A stretch of DNA of 64,000 nucleotides from Octopus sinensis (lineage: Eukaryota): contig NC_042997.1 in assembly GCF_006345805.1 (NCBI RefSeq), positions 77,996,001 to 78,060,000 on the forward strand, in the 5' to 3' direction. The notes beneath the pieces are model-generated. The model saw only the letters and a program-made list of their open reading frames with translations. It made no database searches and had not been told where the DNA came from. Positions 1 through 12,700 of this stretch are shown in pieces. Position 1 is the first letter of the stretch. Every line of letters starts with the position of its first letter. The position numbers and the translations under genes are program-made.

Positions 1-414
1 AAAAAGACCCGATTTAGTGAATCGAAAAGGATTGATGTTTCATCAGGACAATGCACGATCCCACACTGCAAAGATCACATCAGAGAAGATCAAAGAGCTT
101 GGCTGGGAAAAAATTCCTCATCCACCTTATTCTCCCGACCTTGCTCCTTCAGACTACCATTTGTTTCGTAGTTTACAGAATCATTTGGGGGACATAACTT
201 TTGCAAGCCAGGAAGAGGTCGAAATTGACATTTCAGAGTTCTTCGCTTTGAAGCCAAAAGAGTTTTACATTGATGGGATTAAAAAGCTTGTAAATACATG
301 GAAGGAAGTCATAGATAATCAGGGAAAGTACATTGACGATTCAATTAAATATAACATTTGACCACTTGTTTTCTTTATTCAAAATTTGGACAGAACTAAT
401 GGGATGACCTGATA
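1..414 (+). mobile_element. mariner transposon 3' end (transposase C-terminus plus right TIR)
   Basis: HQDNARSHT and HPPYSPDLAPSDYHLF (D,D34D motifs), stop at 361; TIR-like cagaactaatgggatgacctgata running into (TA)n. Confidence 0.92.
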
Positions 415-570
415 TATATGTATATATACCACTATATATATATATTTATATATATATATGCATATCATTATGTATATATATATATGTATTTGTATGCTTG
501 TGTTTGTCCCCCACCATCACTTCATAATCAATGTTGGTGTGTTTATGTGTATGTGTATATATATAAACAT
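415..570 (+). repeat. (TA)n microsatellite plus SINE 3'-half remnant
   Basis: TA-rich run followed by gtgtttgtcccccaccatc...atgttggtgtgtttat, the same SINE segment seen reversed at 43770-43815. Confidence 0.65.
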
Positions 571-840
571 ATATATATGGTATTTCATTGATTGCTCCTG
601 TTAACATACTTAAGTTTAATTCATTCTCACTAATTCAGAATTATCTGGTTGTGGTAAATCTACTTCAGCAAAAGGCGGATGTTAATGATAATATGATATT
701 CTCATTACACAATTACACAGATTTGCAATCAATTTCTATCTATCAAATTTTAGTCAAAAGGCAGTGGTTCACATCAGGCTGGTAGAAATAACTGATTTTT
801 GGCTTTGTACATAGAGATTGAAACTGGAACTATGTGGGTA

Positions 841-3800
841 ATTTGACTTCACTATATCTCCCTCTTCTGATAACCACTTGCTTCGCCTTGATCTCCTCCA
901 CCATCATTGCCCTGCCTTGACCTCATCCACCATCATCACCCTATTATAAACTAGCGAACGCATAATGGGATTCCCACTCGCTTTCTAACCCTTGCCGAAG
1001 AATAACGGATCGCTCATGAATCAGATAAGATAACGATATTTTTTTTCTTTCAACCTCATTTCATCTACTCACCATTCTTGCACAAATCATTATTCTGTCT
1101 AATGTACTTTTCGTTAGTCTCATTCACTCAGTTATTAAAGTCTTATCACACAGCAACCTCTCTATTCTCTAAAATTTGTCTTTCTCAGATTTTTCAAATC
1201 TATTTTTTTGCTCTCGCATTACACTACGGTTAGCAGACCCTCTTCCTAGTTAGAGGTGCAACCGCCCTCCCACCCCCTCCACCAGTACCGGAAGTTCCTA
1301 TCCTTTGCCATCCCTGGGTTGCTTCCTATGAATACTGCAAAAGGCATTCCACCATCCCCACCCCCAGTCTCGCGCTATCTCCTATGTAAGGTAATGATCG
1401 TATAGTGCAAAATATGAAAGGGTAGTGTTATGCAGGTTGAACTGAATCCTACTGTATTGCTTGCTCATGAATTCTGCCAAATGCGAGTTTTCTTTTCAGG
1501 TACATGAAGCTACTGTCCCCCGTCCCAGGGTCTCTAGGGCCCATACCTCTCACACCCTCAGGGTTGACACACTGAAAGGTAGGTCTGGCGAGATTGTTGA
1601 GATGCTTGAACGGAGATGTGTCGATATATGTTGCATCCAAGAAGTGAGGTGGAGAGGAGGTTCTGCTAGGTTCTTCACAGGCAAAGAACACAGGTACAAG
1701 ATTTTCTGGGCAGGGAACACTGACGGGGTTGGGGGTGTGGGTATACTTCTCGCTGAAAAGTGGGTAGTTAAGGTAATTGAGGTAGTCAGAGTATGCGACA
1801 GAGTACTTAAGATTAGATTAGTGCTTCATCATGGATTAGCGACCATTATATCGGCCTATGCCTCTCAGCCAGGGCTACCCGATTGACAGAAAGACAGATT
1901 CTATGACACCCTACTGCAGACTACCTCGTTGACGAATGACAGGGACCTTCTCTTTGTGGCTGGTGACTTCAATGAGCATGTTGGACAACATGCTGGGGGC
2001 TTCCATGGTGTACATGGAGGCTATGGTTATGGTTCCTGCAACGAGGAGGGAACCAAGCTGCTGGAGTTCTGCGATGCAAATGATCTTATGGTTTGCAACA
2101 CTAACTTCAGGAAACCTACCAGCCACCTAGTCACCTACCGATTGGGCCGACATACTAGCCAAATTGACTACATCCTTGCCAGAAAAAGGGAAAGATGGCT
2201 GCTTATAAAAGCCAAAACCTTCCCAGGCGAAGAATGTACCCCACAACATAGACTGGTAGTTAGTGACTTTAGGATCAGGACTAAGAGGACGACCAGAAGA
2301 TGACCAACATGGAGAAGAAGGGTCTGGAAGCTTAAAGATCCTGTGAATGGACAGAGACTTAGGGACATATTACTTGAAGCCTTTGATGAAATAGAAGGGG
2401 ATATAGCTTCACATGGGGTAGAAGACAACTGGAGGTCTCTAAGGGACAACCTGCTGAGAGCCACTGACCAGATCTGTGGATGGTGCAAAGTCCCCTATAA
2501 TCCCAAAATAATGTGGTGGTGGAACAACATTGTAGACAGGGCTATCAGAGAAAAGAGACAGGCTTGGAAGGACTGGAAGAATGGTGGTAGCAGGGAATTG
2601 TATCAGACTGCCAGAAGAGAAGCTAGGAGACAGGTTTACTTAGCCAGAGGGGAAGCAGATAAGAAAAAATTTGCCAATGTTCAGCGCCGTGAGGACCAAA
2701 GACTTGAGGTATTTCGTGTTGCAAGACTGTGTGTGAATGAGAATCGTGATGTTGTAGGAGAGAAATGTGTTTGCATGGATGATGGTTCACTTGCACTAAG
2801 TGAGGCTGCAGAGAAGTTTGGAGACACCACTATGAAAGGTTGCTGAATAAAGAAAATGATTGGGAGAAAGAGAGTCTGCCAAATGTCGACCCAACAGAGG
2901 GACCAGCTATCCGAGTTGACAGTACCTTGGTAGATAAAGCAATTAAGAGTATGAAGACAGGGAAAGCCCCCCCCCCCCCCCCCCCGGCCCATCAGGAATC
3001 ACTGCAGAGATGCTCAAAATATCTGGCAGTGTCGGCTATAACCTAGTCACCCGTATAATTAACCAGGTGATAGACGAAAGAGTCATACCCAATGATTGGT
3101 GTAGCAGCATAATAGTCAACTGCTACATAGGTAAAAGTGACATTTTAGATATAAATAATTACAGAGGTATCAAGTTGTTGGATAAGGTAATGAAGGTCAC
3201 GGAGAGGGTCATAGCCCAACTAGTTAGGGAAAGAGTCAGTTTAGATGAGATGCAGTTTGGGTTTGTGCCAGGGAAAAGCACCACTGATGCTATATTTCTG
3301 GTAAGATAGCTGCAGGAGAAATACCTAGCCAAAGATAAACCTCTGTACCTGGCTTTTGTTGACAGGGTCCCCCAATCTCTTATCTGGTGGTCAATGAGGA
3401 AACTAGGGATAGATGAATGGCTAGTGAGAGATGTACAGGGATGCTGTCAGTAAGGTGAGGGTTGGTAACGAGTACAGTGAAGAATTCCGGGTAGAGGTAG
3501 ATGTCCACCAATGTTCAATCCTCAGCCCCCTCCTATTTATCATAATCCTCCAGGCAATAACAGAGGAATTCAAGACAGGATGCACCTGGGAGATCCTCTA
3601 TGCTGACAACCTTGCCCTAATTGCTGAGTCACTATCAGAACTCGAGAAGTTTCAGGTGTGGAAACAAGGATTAGAATCGAAGGGCCTTAGAGTCAACCTA
3701 GCTAAAACCAAAGTCCTAATAAGTAGGGTGGCAGGCAAACCACAAATCCCTTCAGGTGGATGGCCCTGCTCGATCTGTAGAAAAGGTGTAGGTAGAAACT

Positions 3801-5090
3801 CTGTAAGATGTACCCAGTGTAAGCTATGGACACATAAGAGGTGCAGCAATATCAAAGGAAGGCTAACTGGGAAGATAGTTTTTGTATGTGGCAGATACTC
3901 AGGAGTAATAAACACTGAAAATGTGCAGAGAACAACTTCCGCCACATTCCAGGGAGAAAAACTAGAAGTAGTTGATAGCTTCTGTTACCTAGGTGACCAA
4001 ATCAGTAGCGTAGGAGGGTGCACTGAAAGTGTAGCTGCTAGAATAAGAATAGCCTTGGCTAAGTTCAGAGAGCTCTTACCTCTACTGGTGACAGGGCCTC
4101 TCGCTCAGAGTAAAAGATAGACTGTACGATGCATGTGTACGAACAGCCATGCTACATGGCAGTGAAACATGGGCTGTGACAGCTGAGGATATGCGTAAGC
4201 TCGCAAGGAATGAAGCCAGCATGCTCTGATGGATGTGTAATGCCAGTGTGCATACTCGACTGAGTGTTAGTACCCTGAGAGAAAGGTTGGACCTAAGAAG
4301 CATCAGATGTGGTGTGCAAGAGAGACGACTGCGCTGGTATGGTCATGTGGTGAGAATGGATGAGGATAGCTGTGTGAAAAAGTGCCATACCCTAGCAGTT
4401 GAGGGAACCTGTGGAAGAGGTAGACCCAGGAAGACCTGGGATGAGGTGGTGAAGCACGACCTTCAAACATTGGGCCTCACCGAGGCAATGACTAGTGACC
4501 GGGACCTCTGGAAATATGCTGTGCTCCAGAAGACTCGGCAAGCGCAAGTGTGACCATAACCTTGTGGCCTATGCTAGGGGGTAACCAGTCCACTTATGCA
4601 TGCCTTTTCTTCATTGGACACTAAACTCTGCTTGTGAAGACCAGTTGAGGCAAGTGAAATTGAAGTCGAAATCAAACTCGGTGACCGACAACCGTTGCTA
4701 GTGGAGCGCTAAGAGTACCATACGAGTGAGATCATTCCTGAGCAACAAACTGGCCTTCGTGCTGGTGGCACGTTAAGCACACCGTTTGAGCGTGATCGTT
4801 ACCGCATCGCCTTACTAGCACTTGTGCTGGTGGCACGTGAGACATTCAAGCGAGGACGTCGCCAGTGCTGCTGGACTGGCTCCTGTGCAGGTGGCACATA
4901 AAAAGCACCATTTGGACGTGGCCGTTGCCAGTACTACCAAACTGGCCCTCATACCGGTGGCACGTAAAAGCACCCACTACACTCTTGGAGTGGTTGGCGT
5001 TAGGAAGGGCATCCAGCTGTAGAAACTCTGCCAGACAGTCAAATCGTCCAACCCATGCTAGCATGGAAAGTGGACACTAAATGATAATGA
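841..5090 (+). mobile_element. Near-full-length RTE-clade LINE (APE endonuclease, RT, PHD-like finger), disrupted; lies in an EDC4 intron
   Basis: APE motifs (CIQEVRW, VAGDFNEH, SQIDYIL, QHRLVVSDF) at 1467-2300; RT motifs (YRGIKLL, QFGFVPGKSTTDAIF, YADNL); C-terminal GRGRPRKTW; 3'UTR ending catgctagcatggaaag..(tga)-like tail at 5090. Stops and frameshifts are present. The 5' limit is tentative, based on a possible TSD tatgtgggta (831-840) / tatgtgtgta (5091-5100). Confidence 0.9.
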
Positions 5091-5138
5091 TATGTGTGTA
5101 TACTAACCATTCATAATGTTTCTTTTCTATTTAATCAG

Positions 5139-5234
5139 TGTCTCTTTTTGGAAGTATGCTGTTACAGGAGGTAATTACAATCAGGAATTGAAAGTATGGA
5201 GTTGTGTCTCCTGGACCTGTTTACAAACAATTAG
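5139..5234 (+). CDS. EDC4: EDC4 exon (first in window)
   Basis: TACTAAC branch point at 5101-5107; aatcag| acceptor; VSFWKYAVTGGNYNQELKVWSCVSWTCLQTIR; |gtatat donor. Confidence 0.92.
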
Positions 5235-8200
5235 GTATATAACCTTTATAATCTGGTCTTTTATTTTGGCCCATTTTTACTTCATTGTCTACATAATTAG
5301 TTTGCATTTTTCCAACTGTATTTTCAGTTGAATTCATGATTTTTCCTGTATTTTAATATCTTTCATTGACAGATTCTTAGATCCACCATCACATCTTGAG
5401 ACCAAAACTGAGCTTTGCATGAAAGTTGCATTAGATTTAAGTGCACGATATTTAGTTTTAACAGATTTCCGACGCAAAGTAAGTTAATGTTTTTTTTTAA
5501 ACCTTTTAAATGTTCATTTTTCCCTTCTCTATTTTTACCATTGTCTCTGTTTTCATCGATGTATTGTTCCTGTCATCATCATCATCATCATCATTTAGCG
5601 TCCGTTTTCCATGCTAGCATGGGTTGGACGGTTCAACTGGGGTCTGGGGAGCCCGAAGGCTGCACCAGGCCAGTCAGATCTGGCAGTGTTTCTACAGCTG
5701 GATGCCCTTCCTAACGCCAACCACTCCGAGAGTGTAGTGGGTGATTTTATGTGCCACCGACACTGGTGCCAGACGAGGCTGGCGAACGGCCACGCTCGGA
5801 TGGTGTTTTTATGTGCCACCGACACAGGTGCCAGATGAGGCTGGCGGACGGCCACGATCGGATGGTGTTTGTTACGTCCCCAAAGCACGGAGGCCAGTCG
5901 ATGCGGTACTGGCTACGGCCACGTTCGGATGATTTTCTTGTGTGCCACCGGCACTGGTACCACAAAGATACAAATTCCATTGATGTTCATCTATTTTGAT
6001 TTGTTTTGATTTGATTTGATTTTCACTTGCCTCAACAGGTCTTCACAAGTGTCACAAGAAGGAAGGTATGCACAGGTGGACTGACTACGTCCCAGGTAGG
6101 GGCCACGGGTTATGGCCTGACTAGTCTTGCCGGGTCTTCGGATGGTGTTTTTATGTGCCACCGACACAGGTGCCAGTTGATATAAAAAACAGTTTTGTCA
6201 TACACCAATTTCTTGAATGCATTACAATTCCTCTATGTTCAACACTAAGTTTATAAACTTAGTCATACTGTATCTACTAAGGTTTCAACACTCTCAGTCA
6301 TATATACCAAATTTATTCATTGTTTTCAATGGTTGATCAGTACTCATCATCTTTATTATGATTATTATTTCCATGCTTGAATGAATTGGACAGGTGTTCT
6401 CTATCACAACGTCTCTGCATTTTTTGTGGTCTTTGTCATCTCTTTAGTGGATTTCAGTTTTAAGATCATTTGTCACTACCCCTTCCCATTTCTTCCTTGG
6501 TTTTCTCTTCCAAAGATTTCTTGTTTTGGATTATTTGGCACTTCTTTACCAAACTATTCTCCTCCATACATATCATGTCTGCACCAATGAAGTTTTCTGT
6601 CTTGCACACTGCATTTGATTCCTTTTATTCCCAATTTTTCTCTCAGGTCATTTGTGCTTTGCACACTAACATTACCCATCCATTGGAGCATTGTTTGCAT
6701 CATTTCTTTCCAGCTTTTGTACTCCTTTGTATTTGATGCCCATGTTTCACTCCCATTCAGCATCATACTTCATGCACACGCACCATACAATCTAATCTTC
6801 ACTTGGAGACTTCCATTGTTGCCATTGAGGTAACTGCCTGAACTTTTTCCAATCCAGTCTTATTCTGGCTACTTCAGGCCTTTTAGGTTACAAGCTATCA
6901 ATAACTTCTCAGAAAATTTTTGATCATTCGTATGACTTTATTTCATAGGTGTTCTTATTGCTAATTATTACTGTGCATCTGCTACATGACAAAATCTATT
7001 TTTTTCCCTGTCAGGCCTGCTTGAGACTCCACTGCATCTCTTGTGCATCAAAAGTTTACATTTGGAAGATGGTATAGAGTCCCTACTTAATCCTTCTCTG
7101 CATTGAACGAGGCCATCTTCCAGATGGCAGTAGAATCCTATCTGCTTTTTTGTTCCTGTTAACTAAAACTTTTGAATTTTACTATGTTTACTTTGAGACT
7201 TCTTGATTCTAGGCTTTTATTTCATGTTTGGAATTTCTCCTCTAATTCTGTTCAATAGCTTCAGCTAATTTTCTTTGAGAAGAATGATAATTGTGTATTT
7301 TAAGTGTTAACTTTTGACATGTATCAACTGGAGTTAGTATGGCTAATAGTTTGTGGTTTAGAGGTCATACTTTATAAAAAAGCTATATAGGAAAGCTTTT
7401 TATGTTATGTAAATATTTTAATATTCTTCAACATATTGTTGTTTGATATTTTCTTCATAGGTTCTGTACATTTTGAACTTGCACCAAGACCACAAAGCTG
7501 AAACAGTTTATATATCATCAATCTCTGAATTCCTACTTGCCCGACCATGTCTTAGTTTTGCTATACTTGATGCCCGTTCTGAAAAATTCCGTCAGTCTCT
7601 TGAAGATGACACATTTCTTGAAGAATTGACTACTGGTAGGGTTTTTTTCCTATCAACTTTTACTAAATTACTTGACTATTTTTTTCATTTTGTGTAAATT
7701 TTATTTCTATTTGTGTGTGTCTGCATTTATTTTTCCATGCTAGTTAGGGATGGGTTTTGCAAATTTAAACTTCTGTATACTATTGAAACAGTTGTTTTTG
7801 AGTTTTTTGGATATGGACCTGGGCATGTGGTTAAGAATTACACTTTACAAAAATATCTGCTACTAATTAAATTTGATAGATGATATCATTTGATATATAT
7901 AATGTTTATATTTCAATGCAGGGTGAAAGGTAGAACATTTAAACAAAAATACCATGTGGTATTCATGCTTCACAGTCAGCTGTTTTTGTGCTAATGTTCA
8001 CTTTGCATTTAGCATCTTTCAAGATAGCTGAAATATGTACCAAAGAAGTACTGGGGTTGATATATTCAACTAAAAACCCTTGAATGTAGTGTTGTAATTG
8101 AATGACTGAAATATTTAAATAAATAAATTACAGACTTACAAACCTGGTGAACTGTTACTATCAAATTAACTGAAGCAACCAGTGTTTCCTACAGACATGA

Positions 8201-9723
8201 AGCTGTAGTCATAAATGTACTGTCTTGATGGAACTAAAATATCTAAATAGCTTCTTTTGATTATAAAATATATTATTAAAAAGCATCTAAAGAAATGCAT
8301 TTTCAACTTAAATATTTGTGTTCTTAAATTGAAGGAGAAATTGAGCAGGATAATTCTAAGAAACTTTTTGAGGATGAAGATAGTACAATAGTTGATGGTG
8401 TTCTTGTTGAGCTGTATGCTGTTCATAGCACGTAAGTAGTAATTAACAATTAACTTGTGTGGAAAATAGTGATTGCTTAATTTAGAAATATATTGTCCTC
8501 ATATTTCAAAATATATTCATTTCTTTATCTTGCTAAAATTTTTTTGTTTTTTTACAGAATATTGCAAGAGCTTAATATTCGATTCAAAACTGAAGTTGCT
8601 CACTCTGACAGTGAAGTTCAGGCTGTTGGTTCTAAATCACAAGATGGGATAGGTAAGTGTGATGAGAAATTAATACTGGTATTATGTAGTTTGAATGTCT
8701 GTTAGTGGTTAAAACCTAAATTTTTATGAGGCGAGGGTTGGCAACAGGAAGGGGATCTAATTAGAAAAAAAATTAATAAACTCTTTGACTCATGGTGAAG
8801 TGGATATTAAAATGACGATGATGAATATTTTGTTAGCTTTGAGTTTAAAATCATCTACTAGCTTGAAATCATCATCATTTAGCGTCTGTTTTCCATACTG
8901 GCATGGGTTAGATAGTTTGACTGAAGATGGTAAGCCAGAGAGCCGCAACAGGCTTCAGTTGTCTGTTTTGGTTTGGTTTCTATGACTGGATGCCCTTCGT
9001 AATGCCAACCACTTTACAGAGTGTACTGGGAGTCTTTTATGTGTCACCAGCATGAGTGCCCCTTACATGTTGCTGGTACAGTTACTTTTTACGTGTCACC
9101 GACACTGGTCATGACCATGATTTCACTTAGCTTGACATGTCTTCTCAAGTACAGCAAATTGCCAGATGCCTTGATCACTTGTTATTACCTCTGTGAGACT
9201 CATCAACCAAAAATCATGTTTCAGCACCTCGTCCCTTGTCTTCCTGGGTTTACTTTTTCCACAGCTTCCCTCCTCAATAGGTAATGGGAAAAAAAAACTC
9301 ACAATAATGTACTCTCTGTAAGAGGTTCTGATGCTGTCAAGACCTGCAATAATTTAATCACATTGTAATGTCTTCAACAGGAGAAAGAAATCATGTTAGT
9401 CTTTTTGACTGATCTTCTTATTAGTATTTTTGATTGTGACTACTCAAACCTCAAATCAAGGAGGAACTTCTATATTTGCGAGGCTTATTAAAAGCATGTT
9501 ATAGTACTAAGCTTTACTTATGAATACTCAGCATTACAAAATCTAATCCCTTATGATGACCTTGCTCATGTTTCAGAGCCAAAGCTGTATAAAGATTACA
9601 AAATCTGTATATCTATTTGGAGTTAGAAAATACTTTTGTCTTGGAAACCTACTAATATCCCTCTGCTAGTCAGAAGGCATCCTAATCTAGAGCATTGTCC
9701 ACACATTTGAACTCCCTACCCCA

Positions 9724-9755
<32 letters not shown>

Positions 9756-12700
9756 TCATCATCTTGCTTTCTTTCTCTCACAATCGTAGATAAAACTCTA
9801 CAATCCCACTGGCCCTCTTATAGATTGTTACCTCTTTTGAGGTTGGGTGGTAAATCTTTTGGGCTAGTTGTCCACATTTGAAGAAGCATTATGTGATATT
9901 ATTCAGAAGAGATCATTATACTTTTTGCTTTAATCAATATAGGTGAGAATAAACATTTTTCCATTTCAGAAAATGAATATTTGAAATGCATTTTTTTTTA
10001 AAATTTTAGTTTTAAAAGATGGACTTTCTGATGTCAGTAATATTATGGATACATCCGTCCCTGATTCCAGTGAGTCTTCTCGTGGAGAAAAAGCTCCTGT
10101 ACTTCTCACACCTGATGCCTTTACTAGGTTAATATTTGTTAATATCTCCTTTTGTTTTATTACATCCATCTTTTCATTATTAATGGAAAAATAAAATAAA
10201 TTTGAAATGAAAGGTAGAATCTGGATACTGTTTTTTGTGAGTTAAATTAACTGCTATGTTGTTGGCTTTTATTGTTCTCATTAACTGTTAGGGTCTAGTT
10301 ACTAATTTTAAGTGCTTTGCACAAGATAAATAATACTGGTTTAGCTGTTGAGTGGACATTGTCATGTAGGTTATAATATCTCCATTAATAACTCTGATTG
10401 TCTTGATAAGATTAAGGGTAAATTTTGAAGTGAGATCATTTTGTCTTTGCTTATATATGGTTTAATATTTATACTTTTGATAATACATTGTAATGATATG
10501 TATTTATTTTTCAGTAAACCCTACTCTCTCCAAACTATTTCTGCAAATAGTAGTTTTACTCAAGTTTCTGCGATGGAGGACAGTACAGAATGTCACCCTC
10601 TTGCAACAGGTGTGGGAAGAAATGGCAATAGTGATGCTGTTGCTACTGCTGCTGTTAGTGTTACAGCTTGTAATAATACCGTGTCACATACCTCCAGCCC
10701 TAATAGCAGTCTAGTCTCATCTCAATCACCACTTAAGAATAAAGATACAAACATGACTTCGGTGTCCACAATTTCACCTGTGGTTTCTATTGATTCTTCC
10801 CATTCACCAGTTGTAACTAATCTACCATTACAGAACATATTTTCAGAACCAACAAAGATCAGTGTTGAAGAGCTATTCAAGATGAGCCAGCAAGTTTCGG
10901 TGAGCAGTGTAAGGCTTTTATTATTTCTTTGTGTAAAATACAGATTGAAATAAAATATGTGTATGTATGATGAGATACAGATTGAATACATATGTGAAAA
11001 CGTGATGAAAAAGAAGAGGTTATTCTAAGGGTAGCCAAGTTAATCAGTTCTTCTATATTATTGATACTTATGTTATCGAATCAGAAAAGTTGACTGTGCA
11101 TTGATTTATAACTCAGTACGGAAGGGAGTTAAACTAGAATACTATGGTGTATCTGATCTGGAAATATACTATCTTAGTCCTTTCACAGTTCTTGACTTGA
11201 GGCTAAATGTTTTTGTAAGATTATATATTTTTTAAACTCACAATGCACAAATCTTTTAAACTATATGAGTTTCTACTTTCTGACATCAATTTTTTTTAAT
11301 GTAAATTGCTTTAACATTCTTACTTTGGTTAGTTTCATTTTTACATTTTTTCTCATTGCTTCAGGAAGTAAAAGAATATACATATAAAGGTTTTTCTATT
11401 ATAAACTAATAGCTGGATATTTTTTTTTCTTTGAGTTCTGCTTATTTTTGAAATTTATGCTAAGTTGTTTTTAACTTGTAAATTTTCCCTAAGTATTCTA
11501 CTGAATACCAGAAATTATTTTCTGATTATATAAAATTGTTTTAAGCCATTCTTTCAATCATAATTAGCAAGCTTTTCTGATTTAAGATATAGCTATAAAC
11601 CCTTGTAGCTACAATATTATTGTCTGTTTCAGTCAGTTAGCTATTTGTTTATAGTTATATTTGTTGATCTTAAAACGATAATGTAGAAGTACAAATTAAA
11701 TTTCTTCTGAATAGAAATATTTAAATTTTAACTATAAACATACTGTAATCATTTGAAATTGTATACTGCTGTTTTAAGTATTGCTACAAATTATTGATAT
11801 TCTTTAATCCTTTAATTGTCTCTTTCACTAGAAATATATTTGTGCATTTCAGTTAATTATGAAAATAATCAAGAGGGTTATTGATTAAGGTCTGAGAAAA
11901 TAGCCAACATCTGGTGTCTGATAGAATGTTTTTCAGCATTTAATTTTATTTCTCTATATTCCAATTTCAAATTTGTCTATGTATGACTACTTTCATCTTT
12001 ACAGAGAAAATAAGTATTTGTTTTATACTAAAAATGAGCTGATTTTTCTCTAAAGAAAAAATTAACCTTGTGATTATTTAAATCAAATGTTTGTTACTGA
12101 AATGATTAACATAAAGTGATTTTTGGTAATTTGTTACCCTTGTATCACTAGTGGATATGATTTATGTAAGAAAGTGTAAAAATGAAAGTGATTTGGTAAT
12201 GTAAATAAATGAAAACTGATGAACTAAAGGATATTAATTCATAAAGCAAGCAGTGCTTTTAGCTTAAAATCTTTTTGTAAAAAGATATCACATTATAAAT
12301 TTATCTTTTATTAGTTTCTCAGCATATGTAATTGTTTATATTTGTCTTTCAGCAAGCAGCTGTCGTAGTAAGTGGTTCAATTACCAGCTCAGTTAGCTTA
12401 GAAGGAGAACAAGCATTTAGAAAAACAAGGCGGAAAGATTTTGATGAGACTGATAAAGAAGTTGCTGAAGTAATGGGTGATAAACATGTTGCAGATGAAG
12501 TAGATGAAGTATCTCCACTGGAAATTGAGACTAGCAATATTGCTACAGAATCAAATGTTACAGCAAAAATATCTCCAAGAGAATGGCCCAAACCACCAGA
12601 TGTCAGCACTGATGGGCCTAGAATTGCATCTGAAAAAGTGTGCAATGTGTAAGTGAAAAATATTTTACATAAAACTCTTTTTTTTTTTCAATTATGTATA

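Noticed and set aside
588-785. Possible upstream EDC4 exon
   Set aside because: No resemblance to the expected WD40 segment preceding FWKY; the previous exon is probably outside the window.
2968-2985. Long poly-C run (G-quadruplex candidate) in the RTE
   Set aside because: Expansion of the short C run in KAPGP (compare the copy at ~30390); homopolymer slippage or sequencing error.
4760-4985. Repeated GTGCTGGTGGCACGT motif with variable intervals resembling repeat-spacer structure
   Set aside because: The intervals are related to each other; it is a degenerate ~60-65-bp tandem repeat in the RTE 3'UTR, also seen at 5740-5950.
9961-10009. Upstream acceptor (ttcag at 9969) for the EDC4 exon
   Set aside because: Gives an in-frame TAA at 9999-10001; the acceptor at 10009 keeps the frame.
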